From Massalongia carnosa (lineage: Eukaryota): DNA of 64,000 nt. The notes beneath the pieces are model-generated. The model did not search any database and was not told where the DNA came from. It saw only the letters and a program-made list of their open reading frames with translations. Positions 36,753 through 49,189 of this stretch are shown here, piece by piece. How positions within the stretch are numbered: position 1 is the stretch's first letter; every line of letters begins with the position of its first letter. The DNA lies in NCBI GenBank assembly GCA_965645245.1, contig OZ287067.1:1364001-1428000 (forward strand), written 5' to 3'. The position numbers were made by a program, and so were the translations under genes.

Positions 36753-37582
36753 TTAGTGTTTGGAGTGGATTTCCATTAACTCGACCTCGCTAAAGGATAG
36801 ACAGGCCTGCATTAGCATCAATAGCCGAAGAGGTGAGCGCGCTAAAGAGCGATAAGGAGACCAGCCAAAAGAGTTGGGGGCGAAAGATGAAAAATGGCAT
36901 GAAATAAGAGTCTCAGTGATGCAAGACGGGCGGACACTTACAACACAAGGATGGAATTTGGCGGGATGAGACCAGGAAAGCCACTGATAACCCGGATAGA
37001 TCCTTGTCAGTGATTTGCATATCGATAGAGGTGGAGACGTGACGTCCGGATTTGAAATTGGAACATGAGATTGTTCGCGGAATGAGCTTACCGATCGCCA
37101 TAGGCGTAGTCACTAATTAGTTTCATCGATGTCAGCCATGTAGTTTAGAAATGTGGTGAGTGGGCATTTTCGAAACCGGGCGAATGCAGAATGCTTACCC
37201 TGAAATCGTCAAGATGGACTTCTCCCCCAGAGACATTTCTAAAACACCCTCGTCCCATCCTGAAGTTGGTCAGTTCCTTGTTCTTCTTGACGAAACAGTG
37301 ACCATAGGATCCGCCGCACCTTGAATGACGGAGCCAACGCCAATCCTTGTCTTGAATGGTCCTCGGCCACTGGAAGAGTCGAACCTGGGGAGGGGGCCTT
37401 GGGTTAATGATGGTGGTGCATGAAAGAACCAGGCTAGTGGATGCCTACTGCGATCCTCTGTAGTTGTTGCCGGCAGCCTTCTCGTCATAGAGATTGCCAG
37501 TGTATTCAATAATGACTTCGTCTCCCTTCTTGGGCTTGTCTCTACCATTGCCATCTCTGAGGACTTTTCTTGTAACACCCAT
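36753..37582 (-). CDS. FKBP12-type peptidyl-prolyl isomerase (FK506-binding protein 1B-like), 6 exons
   Basis: Spliced: MGVTRKVLRDGNGRDKPKKGDEVIIEYTGNLYDEK..RGSQ|FDSSSGRGPFKTRIGVGSVIQG|WDEGVLEMSLGEKSILTISG|DYAYGDR|GFPGLIPPNSILVF|EVELMEIHSKH. Confidence 0.94.
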
Positions 37583-39986
37583 TGTGCTGTCAACGATGAA
37601 GGTTGCTCGCTATTGGGAGTGAAGAGAATTACAACGATGTGACGAGACGAGCGGAATCGAAGAACGTGAGAATTGAAGACCGAAGAGGAGCAAGCAGCTA
37701 GCTCATGTATAGGTGAGTCGAATCCTTAAGCTAACCAACGACGGTCCACTAGCAAGCATGAAGTCACGAAAGTGGTCTTAGAGTACCGCGGATCCGGGAC
37801 GGGAAGGGGAGGTCCTGAGCGGTCACCGTTAGTGGAAGACGAAAGACGAATGACGAAAGAGACGTGAGAGGGGAGGAACGTAAAAGGAACGTAAAAAGGG
37901 AGAGAAGGTGAGGCATCCATGGGGAGGGGAGGGGGTCGGCAAGGAGCATGAATGATTGTGTTCTTGCGAATACAGAATCTAGCTAAGGTATTGAGGGTAA
38001 CGAATGCTTGTGCTAGTGAATGTTTGTTTTTACTCTGTAGTTGAAAACGCATCATTTATCGGTTGTCAGCGGGTTTGTCCTTTGGTTGCACAGCCAATTG
38101 TCCACCAATTGTCCACCAGTTGTCCGCCAATCGTCAGCGAGCCACATCCCACTCCGTGCGGTCCAAGGCCCAATTCTGCGTGATGAATGCCGTTCGCCTG
38201 CTTCCTTTAGATAAAGTATTGGTACAAGCTCTCTTTTCTAATCCGAACTATGCGTCAAAAGAAAACCATCTGAAAACCAGTTCAACACCACTATCAAGTC
38301 TGATCACTAGCGGTAAGGCATGTTTAAGGTTGACGGCGATTGAGGTAAAAAAGAGAAAGGGAAAGGAAAAAGAAAAAGAAAAAAGAGAAAAAAGAAAGTC
38401 CAAGCTGACAGGACCAAACCATCCCCACTTCGTCTGCTGCTAGATAGAAACGAGCATGGATCCTTCGTCCATTCTCTCTGGCTACTATTCACCGTTTTCC
38501 ATCAACTCATTTTTGTTTTTTCGCCAGTACCCGAACACTGACCATGTGCGCGCATGGAAAACCCAAGACACGCATGATACCCTCGTGTGCCACCTGTTCG
38601 TCTTGAATGGGTCTATTCGCTGACTGTAAGACCATCGTCCCGCTGACAGAAGCCAAAAAGTCTTCCCGAATGTTTGGATCTCGCTCGCTCGCTGTTGATG
38701 CAATCAATACTTTTGGGTTTCGATGTTAAATTAGCCTCTGGTGTAACTTGTCCTTGCAATACTTCGAAACGCCTTGGAAGTCGCCTTGGGTGTACAGTAC
38801 CGACTATAGTTGGGTCACAACTCTGGCCACGGGGTTCGGCAGATGGCCGTAGTGGGAGGTAACTCCTGGCGCTTGATATCGCACCTGGCCATAATTAAGG
38901 CGCCGCCGAGCTGTCAAGTACAAGCGAGCATCATCCACCGGTAATTGTTCAGGTTGTTATCGCTCGTAGGAAATGGCAGTGTCACGATAGACAGCAAAAC
39001 AAATGGTGCGCCTTCGTGGATTTCACCATCGGCCCCTGCTCCCATCCCCTGAAGAACGAGTGCATTTGCCGTATGCATATGCATGCAGTCTGCAGCTAAA
39101 TTGCTTCCGCTGCCACTCACGGCTAGCCCTCGGATCTAAGGCAGAACCCGTGATACGTCCGGCATCAACAAGGTGCATCGCCATTGTCTAAATGTTTTGT
39201 GGCTACAGAGTACACCTCATTCACGATGGGAGCATTCTACATACAACCGAAAGGGAGTCCAGAAAGAAATCGAAACGTCCTATGTGGGATGTGCTGGCAG
39301 CCTGCAACTTGCGTTTACTAGCGTAGACAAGATGTGGGATGCCGGTGGTTTCTACCCATTCTCCATATAATTGGGATCTTAGGCGACTGAATTGTTGTAT
39401 GCATTGGTCATGAAATGAGGTCATGTCGATCCGAGACGCGAATGAGTTGGGAACCCAAAAGACCACATGACCTTCCGTCTAGTCCGGATTTCTGGAAGTA
39501 ATCACTTGCTGCAAAAAATTGCTTGTTAAAGGGCGCTTGAACTGAATCCAACTAGACCAGCTATGGCGGCCAATAGAACGTTGATATGGATCATTATACA
39601 AGATTCGATTATTTTAATCTCATACCCAGAGTACGATCTCAGCGCAAAAACGAAAATCATGGACCCCTTTTGTCAGTAAGACTGCGAAGAACTTCGCCGA
39701 AGGTGTAATGACCAGAAAAAATTGAGAGCGCCGGTCGTTTAATGGGCAAAGGTATATGTGGATGTTCACTTTGAACGCTCTTTCTGAACTGCAACCCAAT
39801 CTATGGATGATCTGGAATCTCTGTACTCCCTCTTGAAGGCTGCACCATTGATGTTGCAACGATTAGGCAAGTGTGACCGTTGGATGGACCGATCAGGAGA
39901 AAATGTGGAAATACCTTCAAGATTTGAGACATCTCAAATATTCTGATTACCAAAATGTTGATGTAACCGAAGCTTCCGTATAAGTT

Positions 39987-41005
39987 TTACCTGAAGAACC
40001 TTTGACCTTGTACTTCAAGCAAACTGATTGTGCGGTATGAAATACCCCAAAACCGATTATCTTTTGAGGAGTCACCTTTTTGGAGACACTTAAATGCTTC
40101 AATGCCGACGTTTTCGGCAAATTGTAAAAGTTGGCTGTAGTTTGCTCCCACTTGCTTGACGTTGTGGCAATCGTCCGAAATCGTGAATTGGCCTTGTTGG
40201 GCCAGGAACAGCTTTAGTGAGATCAGCAATGGACCAAACTGTTGCCCCAAACCAACACACCTCGCAAATTGATTTGGCGGGATATGGTTCGCTCAGGCCT
40301 TTTCGTAACGCTGCTGAGCTCAGTTCCAAAAGACCTCCATACCCAACAATGAACTCAAGATTTCTCGTTACCTTATTTCGTACAGCTTCCCATTGCAGAC
40401 AATCCGCGTTTGGGTCATCGCTTTTTAGCCGGATAAGGTCAAAGTGCCCAACAACAGGAGGCTTCAAGGCCTGTAGCATCTCAAACTGTAAATCAAAATA
40501 ATCTTCGAATAGCTTTGCGTCTGTGCCGCCAGATCTGCGTCGAGCTTCCGCGTACATCTCGTGATCAAAGTCGATAGGGATGGCATGTACATGGTGAACA
40601 GATCCTATGAAGAGATCGAACCGATGACTTTTCAGCACGTCATTGACCCAGAGCAACGATGAGGGTCGGATCCAGTCGATTTCCAAGCCGATGAAGATCT
40701 CAATATCCGATGCATATGCCGTTTGCAATCGGGTGGCTTCATCGACGTAGGCATCAAAAAGTTTCCGAAGCGTGTCATCCGTCGTAAGTGCTTCAAGCTG
40801 GATGAGGGATATGAGCTGCAGAGCACAGCCATCGGGTCTTTGAAATCACCTCTTCCGGGTAGAGGTCACGCTGCTCTCGAGGCATGTGCTCCGTCAACGC
40901 CAAGACTAGCATTTGCTTTTTGATAGCGCTTTGAATAACCTCTTCCAGTGTGTTATCTCCATGGCTGCAAAATTGGCCGGAATGGCTGTGATGAGAGAAC
41001 GGCAT
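39987..41005 (-). CDS. HIS2: Histidinol-phosphatase, PHP family (3 exons)
   Basis: MPFSHHSHSGQFC.H, LALTEHMPR, IGLEIDWIR, IGSVHHV..IPIDF, VVGHFDLIRL, AALRKGL.EPYP and FTISDDCH. Confidence 0.93.
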
Positions 41006-42068
41006 AATGCGTCGAGAGAGTTAAAGGAATGCTTATTGGATACTCAATGAGATACTAGGTCCGCCACGCAGGAAACCTGCTAAATAACCAAAAAGTAGGC
41101 GTGAGTTTAACGAAGTGAATGATCTGATCCCGATGGAGCCGGTTAGTTATGTTTACAGAGTAGAATTTGTAGTAAAATACAAGTGATGGGAAACAACGCA
41201 GTTGTTTTCCAGCGTAAAGAAGGAAGGAAGACGTATAAGTCACGATTACTCTGTAGAGGTTAATCTATGGTTTTTATAGGCGCAAAATTAGGGAGGCTTA
41301 TACTACACGAATATAATGATAAATTCGTCACAACAACGAGAGAGGAATAGGCAAGAATTTTATTTATAGCTGTTATTGTGCATGATCTCGAAGCCTTGTA
41401 GATTTCTATATAATCGTTTTCATAATTCCTGATCTGGAGAATTGATTGATGAGGACCCGGATTGGTTTGAGCGAAAACCCGCTTGTGAGATGAACATTCA
41501 ATTTGGGTTGTTTTACGGTAAGACATGTTAGCTGTATAGATCTTGTTATCTTACTTCTCTTCACTCATATTTTTTGTCCTTCTTGACCACTTCAAAGAGT
41601 AAGCATCGCATTGAGCATTGGAGAAGGATTTGTGCGAATTTTCCATCCAGCAAGCATTCGGAGTGACCGACCACAATCATACGTACTTTCGTCTTTCATC
41701 CTTTTCTCAGACCCGTATCCTGGAAGAGTATACCACGGAATGACAGAAAAGGTGAGGCCATCTTGGAGGAAATTGGTGAAGTATAAAAGACCGTCTAAAT
41801 CTCGTCCCGCTGATGCATCTAAACCTAGTTAAGGTCGTCCAAAAGACCATAGAGGCAACTTTTAGTTGGATTAGAGAAGATCAGAGACTTTATGCACGAA
41901 CGATGTACCCTAGCCAGTCGTCAACAAGAGACTCGCCATGAATTCGAAGACAGCTTTGGACTAACATCCGTTATGAGGACTCAATATGTAGACGAGGGTG
42001 GCAGGAAGATAAGTTAGAACCCGAAAATTTTAGTTTCCGTCTCTTAACCTGTTTTCGAGACGAATGGA

Positions 42069-42980
42069 TTATTCCTCCTCGATAACGTGATCCTCTAGTT
42101 TTTCGCAAAAGCCTTTGTCACCCCACAAGGGCTCATGGATGGGATCTCCAGAACCGTCATCAGTGATTTGTTCAGAATCCATGTCGTCCTCTACACGTGT
42201 CTCGTCTATCGCCATGCATACTGCAACAGCATATCCACCATCATGGCTAAGGTTGGCCTCCACGATTTGTCGGTCCTCCGCTTTGACCAGGCCCGACCGG
42301 ATGAAAGTACGATTCATAGCTGGTAATATTCGGATGTCTTGGTTTGGATTAGTGGTAAGGTCTCGCTCGGCCAGGAAAGCACCTGGCTGCATGTTTGGTC
42401 TATTTGTTGATTCTAAACCTCTAAAAACGGCCACACGGCTATCCATAGCGATATCTCGACAGCGAGGGTCTACGAGAACTATAGGTTTGCGCTTCAAGCT
42501 TGTTCTTCCTTTCATCACTGAGATCTGACGGTACTGAACTGTACGGTTTCGATGCGCTTTGAGTACTGCCTCCTTCAAGGCCCACCTAGCATACGTGACC
42601 CTCGTCAGCGACTACATCATTCTGAAATTTTGTGTGACAAACCTTCCAGCCAGGAACTGCGCTAAATTAAAAGTAACTTCAGACATTGAATGGATTTTAC
42701 CAAATGCCCAAACATCAGGTAGAACGGGCGAATGGAAAGAAGTTGGGCCTTGTCTGGTGTTTGCATGAGGATTAGAATCATTTGCAGTTCCATCTATACT
42801 CCTAATTTGACGCGCCGCGGGTTGACATGCATGTAAGATCTGGGGCCACTCCAGTCGGCTGAAGACCCTTCGCGCCCATTGATTGAATCTTTTCTCATCC
42901 TTCAGGATCCCTGCTAGGCGTGAGATTTTGACAATATCAATACCAATACCTAGCGGAAATGGAAAAGGCTTAGGCGGCAT
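42069..42980 (-). CDS. AcpS-type 4'-phosphopantetheinyl transferase (Ppt2/PptB-like), 2 exons
   Basis: PFPFPLGIGIDIV, FLAGR|WALKEAVLKAH and NLSHDGGYAVAVC are AcpS motifs. Confidence 0.87.
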
Positions 42981-43484
42981 GAGAGCCGACTTTCACTCAA
43001 TACCCGCGGTAATTCAGCTTCCGTCAAGGACGACCCAACGATTTCGGGATGCAGATCCAAAATTTTTGACGAAAGTAATAGAGGGGCCAACCTTACAGAG
43101 TAGACTACGTGGGAGCTGGATCTCGTACATTTACAAATAGAGTATTGTATGAGGAGAGTGGGTGAAGAAAGTATATTCATTTCCTATTCAAGTTAGCGCG
43201 CTCTGACATATTCAGCAGATTCTTTAAACAGCGAGATGAGCAGCCAAAGATTTATTGAAAGATTTTATAGTAACAAGATGAATTCTCACAATGCTATAAT
43301 ATGGATTCGAGCACAGTGTTTATGATGATGACAATGATGATGATGGTGGTGATGATGAAACGAAACATCTACCCATACTAACCCGAAAAGTGAATTAGGC
43401 GAGCGGGGACAACCTCCCTCGGTTCCGTACCGCCTTGTCGTCGATATTTTCCTACCCTTCTACCACTTGATTTAATTCTAGAGA

Positions 43485-45311
43485 ATGATAGGGACACAAA
43501 ACGAGTCTGTTGGGTACGTATATCGTTGCCATCGCCGCTTTTTTTTGGACTGCCTATGGTGTCGTCTACCGTCTCTATCTTCACCCTCTCTCCCACTTTC
43601 CCGGCCCGAAACTGGACATCATCACCTATTGGTATGAGTTCTACTACGATGTAATCAAGCATGGAAGATATACATGGAAGCTCAAGGAACTTCATAAGCA
43701 ATATGGTAGTACAAAGAGAGAACCTCCATAGTTATCAACGAGTAAGCTACTCACGATTCTTCTTCGAAAGTCCCATCGTTAGAATCAATCCCAATGAGCT
43801 ACATGTTAACGACCCCGATTTTTATGATGTGTGCAGCCTTGGAGCTGGCAGAAGGACTGAGAAGCCAAAGGCATACGTACAGTCCCTTGGATCTACGCAA
43901 ATGGGCTTTGCTACCACGCCTCACGAGCACCATAAGTTGCGGCGCAATGCTATAACCCCGTTCTTTTCTAAGCGGTGCATAAACACGTATGCTCCGTTGA
44001 TACAAAACGTGATCGACAAGTTTTGCAGAAGGCTAGAAGATGCAAAACGGAAAGGTGAAGTCATAAATGTCAAGTGCGCATATGCGGCGTTGACAACAGA
44101 TATCATCAATGAGTACTCCTTTTCTAGAACACATGACGTGGTACTTGAGCCGGATTTCAACGTCGAATATTATGATCCGACGATGGCGCTGTCTCAGTTC
44201 TGTCATGTGGTAAGCAAATCATCAATTGGTCAGGCCTTCTAATGATCCTTCAAAGCTTAAGCAAATGCCATGGGTTTTCCGTTTGCTGGATTCATTACCG
44301 GTATAGTTCTCACGTCAAAGGCGCTGTTTGATACCCTTCTGATACCCACAAGGACTGGTTCATCAAAACAACGGATCCGAATCTCTGTAAATTCCTTGTC
44401 AATGAGAGGGTAAGCTTGACTACGTACCATGCTCGCCCGCCGGCAAGCTTACAAAATGTACTAGAGCTATGCCATTGACATTGACAACATCCCATCTGGA
44501 AAGGACACATCCTATCTGAACTCTGACACTTAGCCTATCCTCTATACTTTGCTGAACAGTGACCTCCCACCTGCGGAAAAGGAGTCTAAACGTCTGGGTG
44601 ACGAGGCAAGAGGTTTGATCGGCGCGAGTACAATGACAACGTGAGCATTTTCATTGTTGCTTCCCTAATGGGATGCCTAAAACTGCTTCCTCTTCTTCGG
44701 TGCCTCATACATATAGTTATCCCACCAGGGCCCACATGCTGAAAATTACCACCTACCACATCATCGCCAACCCATCCATTCATGAAAAGCTCACCACCGA
44801 GCTAAAAACCGTCAGCCCCTCCCCTTCATCTTCCGCATCCCTCACTGAGCTCGAACGACTTGCGTACCTGTCAGCGATGATCCAGGAAGGTCTGCGCATC
44901 TCCTATGGCATCAGCCATTGAATTTGCCGCGCCTCGCCCGACCTGGCGCTCAAGTTCCATGATCAAATCATACCCGCCGGCACTCCTGTCTCCATGTCCA
45001 GCGTCTTGATTCACGACAACCCCGAAATATTTCCCCAACCGTTTGAGTTCCAGCCGGAACGTTGGTTAGCAGAGGATAGCCAACGACGCCTGCTACGGTA
45101 TCTGGTCCCTTTCGGGAAGGGAACGAGGATGTGCGCCGCGGTCAATCTGGCGACGGCGGAGGTTTATCTTACGCTTGCGAGCATGTTTCGCCGGTTTAAG
45201 CTGGAGTTGGTGGATGTGGAGAGAGAAAGAGATGTGGACGTGACGCACGATTTCATCAACTCGAGTCCGAGTTTGGGCTCCAAAGGCGTAAATGTTCGAG
45301 TCGTAGGCTAG
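43485..45311 (+). pseudogene. Cytochrome P450 pseudogene (trichodiene-oxygenase-like)
   Basis: LHPLSHFPGPKL, WYEFYYD, PIVRINPNELHV.DPDFY, EGLR, PFEFQPERWL and heme motif FGKGTRMCAA. In-frame TGA at 44919-44921, the nearest ATG (43485) is out of frame, and the middle exons are disrupted. Confidence 0.85.
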
Positions 45312-45556
45312 TCAGTAATGAAAATGACCAGCCAAACACATTGTTACGTTCTTACTTACATACCTAACTATGCACAATAACAATTTATCGATAACCACCT
45401 AATAGATCAACGAAAGTAAAGCAAGCCCACCGAAGCACCCGCCCAACCAAACTTTCACGTTAGAAAAGTGTACCCACTCGTTCCAATTCTCGCAGCAACC
45501 AATTCCGGCAGGGTAAATAATGCCAACCGGTCAAGTCCCCTCATCGTGGGACCAAA

Positions 45557-46676
45557 CTACTGATCGTCCAGCAGAGGCTGCCTCTCCCGGTCTTGATCGA
45601 CCACATCCCCATCTTCCCGTGCCGAGAGCCTCTTGCCAAACAGGCCCGGAATTGCAAACGAGAGCGTCGCCACGAACAGCAGCGCCATGATGACGAAGGC
45701 AAAAATCCACTGAAACGCAACCACCTTGATGCCAAGCTGGTGCACCGCGAGAGCTGTAATATGTTCAGATCCTGATATCAGAAACCCAAAGAAAAGATGA
45801 AAAATGGAAAGGCGAATGGAGGGGTGTGAGAGGGAAAGAGAAATCAAGCTCACCAGCCGAGAGGATGGTCAATTCGAAACCCATGGTGTAGTCCTTGAAG
45901 GCAACCAAGAACAGCAACCCAAATACAAAAATGGCCCAAACGACCACGTTGGCCAGGATGCGCGCTGGCAAGCTATGTGCCCCCACCATCGCTGCGCCGT
46001 TCCACAAAATAGCGATAAATGTCCACGCCAACGGGCCCGACACCACGGGGATATGCACGAAGCGAGGGGTGGTCGAGTGGCGCAGGTAGAGCGCCGTCAG
46101 ATTGAAGAAGTTCACGATGAGCGCCGCCTCGGCAATCCAGAAGCGTCCGTGCACCCATAATAGCACGAACGCGGCTTGGAGCAGGTTATTCACAATGAAG
46201 TGGCTGCCCACATTGGCGGCCGAGTTGGACCATTCCGCGTTCGACGAGAAGAGGTGCCAGATGTACCCTCCTTGAAGGATCAGCAAGGCAATCCTGGGTG
46301 AGGAAAAAAAGGTTTTTTTAGCTTTTGATTGGTTTCCTCGGTTTTACAGAGGCCTTTGGGAGGGGGGAACTAACCAGTAAATGTCCGTAATGAACGGGTT
46401 CAATGAGAAAGGCGTGGGATGTGCCTTATTCTGGCCCCATATCGTCCTACGGCCTTCCGCCGAGAAGCTGCACGAGATGCTCACGGCCACGACTAGGAGC
46501 CATGTGAGGATGGTGAACACCTTGTAGATCAGTAGGGAGCGTCTATCGTGCGATTCGCGGCGGGCGAAGGGATTGTCTGTGGGTTGTATATGTCGAGATT
46601 AGCTATTACACTGGCTTCTCTTGTTTTGTATATCTCCATGGATGGTCTTAAACTCACAAGCTTCCGTATTTGCCAT
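45557..46676 (-). CDS. Fungal multi-pass membrane protein, DUF1774-like (4 exons)
   Basis: NPFARRESH..IYKVFTILTWLL, TIWGQN..TPFSLN..IYW, VGSHFIVNNLL, FVHIPVVSGPLAW, ARILAN, FKDYTMGF, QWIFAFVIM and DRERQPLL. Confidence 0.82.
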
Positions 46677-47713
46677 TGCTGGACGATTGGCTTCAAAATG
46701 ATATTAAAAGCCGAGGGAGGGGCACTGGAGAGATGATTGATCAGAAAAAATTGACGCCCCAGGCTGAGAGAATCAATGGGAAATTAATTTGTAGAGCTTT
46801 GGATCTGAAAAAAAAACAATATCGCTTGGATCAGTCAAGAAGAAGCCAAGACGTTTGCACAAGCTAAGGGTTGATGGCGAGCTGAAACGGAGGAGTTGAT
46901 GGTGGGTGTAATCTCCGAGCAAAATCGAACGCTCAAGGAGTTACTCGCACCTTAAGTCAACGTAGGTAGCAACAACCCCTTGCTCAATTCCCTTCCTGCA
47001 GTATGTACAATTAATGTTAAACGTCAACGCTTCATTCACCCAAGTGCGGCTGCTATGTATTATGTACTACGAAAGCAATGGAACAGAAACAGCGAAAGCC
47101 CGGTTACTTATTGGCTAGCCATAGATTTTCCCCTATTCATAGCCTCTTGACCACATAGGTGAGAGAATCAGGCTTGTGTGAAGGAGGAGGAAGCGCTTAT
47201 TGGGAAAGGATGCGTGTGATCGCGATTTCAGGAGGGGACGGATCACATGGGCATGTACATTGGGGGACATGTCATGCGGTACGATATGGAAGGCGGGGCT
47301 TGGACGTCTAAGTCTAAGGACTGAATTGGCATGATTTGAGAGGAGTGCTCCTGGTTCAACAAGATCTTTTATGGCGGGGTTTGGGGCAGATCGTAAAGAA
47401 TAAGGATCGGTACAAGGCACATTGGCTTTGGGAGCTGTGGCTAGCGAGGTGCTAGTTATGGAAATCCATGAAGGATACAGAGTAGAGCAATGAAACTTCG
47501 TTATCCGTTGACGCCCTGTCAAGCGATCGGTCCCCCATTCAAGCCCTTTCTTTACTTGCATTTGGGAGACGAAATATATAATAGTTCATGTAACGGAAAA
47601 CCATCGTACTACATGCTTTGACCTGAGTTGCTACGCTGGCGCTTATGGGCGCTGAACGTGAGCTGAAGACATGTAATTCGGCCAAATTATCTCAAAACCT
47701 AGCCAAGAAATTT

Positions 47714-49043
47714 TCAATCAAACGTAGCAAAGGCCAGTTCATACACCAAACCCAGCGTCAGCCGCGCATGCTGCAACATATGTTCAAAACTCAGATACTT
47801 GATCTTATCTTCCGTCGTATGGATCTTGGCGTCGGAATAATCGAAATCCGATTCAATGACGAAGGCGGCAGGATAGCCTGCTTTGGACGCCGACGCATGA
47901 TCGGAGCAAGCGTATCCGCACTTGGTCAGGACGTAGGGAATGGTGCAGTACTTCGAGTTGACGTCAGCATGATAGACTAGACCTGTTAGTGAAATGTCAT
48001 CTTACTTGAGTTACGATTTCTTTAATGAACTCAGTCAGTCCTAGATTGACATAATCCGTAATTATGCCGACGCTCTCCGGTTTGCCCGCCTCGAGAGTCT
48101 TCTGCACATAGCCTGTCATATCCTGCTGCAACATAGCTTTCACATTTCGGCCTTGCTTTGCGTATGCAGAGAAGATGGCCTGACTGCCGAGCAATCCGCC
48201 TTCTTCGGCAGAATACCAGTGGAACTCAACAGTATTGGAAGCGTTGCCCTGGACGACAGCCTTGGATTGAAGCAGAACGCGCAGAGCTTCCAGGATTGTC
48301 ACGGTGCCGCTTCCATCATCATCTGCCCCAGGCGCCGCCAAGATTGAAGGGAAGAAGAGGTTGATGCTGTCTTGATGTGCACCAATGACCACAGTTTTAT
48401 CGCTCTTCCCGGGAATCGTGGCAATGATGCTATTTTGACCCCAAGGATGTTTGAAAGCTTCAACATGAGCACCGTACTTGCCGGCGCCAGACTTGTGAAC
48501 GGTTTTATTCACTTGGTCCAAGAGCCAGGCCGAGGATTGCGCGCCGTAAGCTGATTTATAGTACCTAGTGTGGAAGGCTGTGAACGTCTCCAAATGCTTA
48601 CGCATGTTTTCCTTGGACAGTTCCTTCAAGAGTGGAGCCACACGGTCGTAGTAAGCAGCTTTTGGTGGATACGTTACAGTTGTCTTTTGATTAGCAGCTG
48701 ATAACCTTAACTCGCCGAGATCAGGGGTGTCGGTTATGTCCATGAAATTGATGCCTTCCTATGAAACGGGGTCAGCAATGAGCCAGCTCTTTATGTGAAG
48801 GTCACCGCCAAATCGTACAAGGTAAGGATTAAGAGCGCAAGGCGTTTAAGAATGTCATACTCGTCGAAGCGCCCATTTTTCCTCTTCCACTATCCATTTT
48901 CTGTCTCCCGGGCCCAACTCAATCAGGAACTGCTGCTCTGAGTCGGAATTGTGACCGAGAGCAGCTTGACCAGGGGTAGCGATAGACAATGCAGAAATCA
49001 CTGTTGCAGCTAATATCGCTGCGAATAGGAAGTTTACCATCAT
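47714..49043 (-). CDS. LAP1: Secreted leucine aminopeptidase 1 (peptidase M28), 3 exons
   Basis: Signal peptide, EEEKWALRR|..[46 protein letters not shown] and [11 protein letters not shown]. Confidence 0.95.
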
Positions 49044-49189
49044 GAGATAGATGAAGTCGAAATATAAAGGAATATGCTGCGGATGAGCTTCTAAGGTACG
49101 GAGTCCTAGGGCGACCATCAGGCCATTAGACTGCATGACTACCAAGCCACGCTAGCTGCATAAGGACACAAATCACGTGATGCTTGATG

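Noticed and set aside
38960..39165. RNase P RNA-like words (GGCCCCTGCTCC, GAGTGCA, GAACCCG)
   Set aside because: The CR-I motif GGGAAATTCGG and the P4 pairing are absent.
42069..45311. Secondary-metabolite gene cluster (PPTase plus P450)
   Set aside because: There is no PKS, NRPS or terpene synthase in the window, the PPTase is AcpS-type and the P450 is broken.
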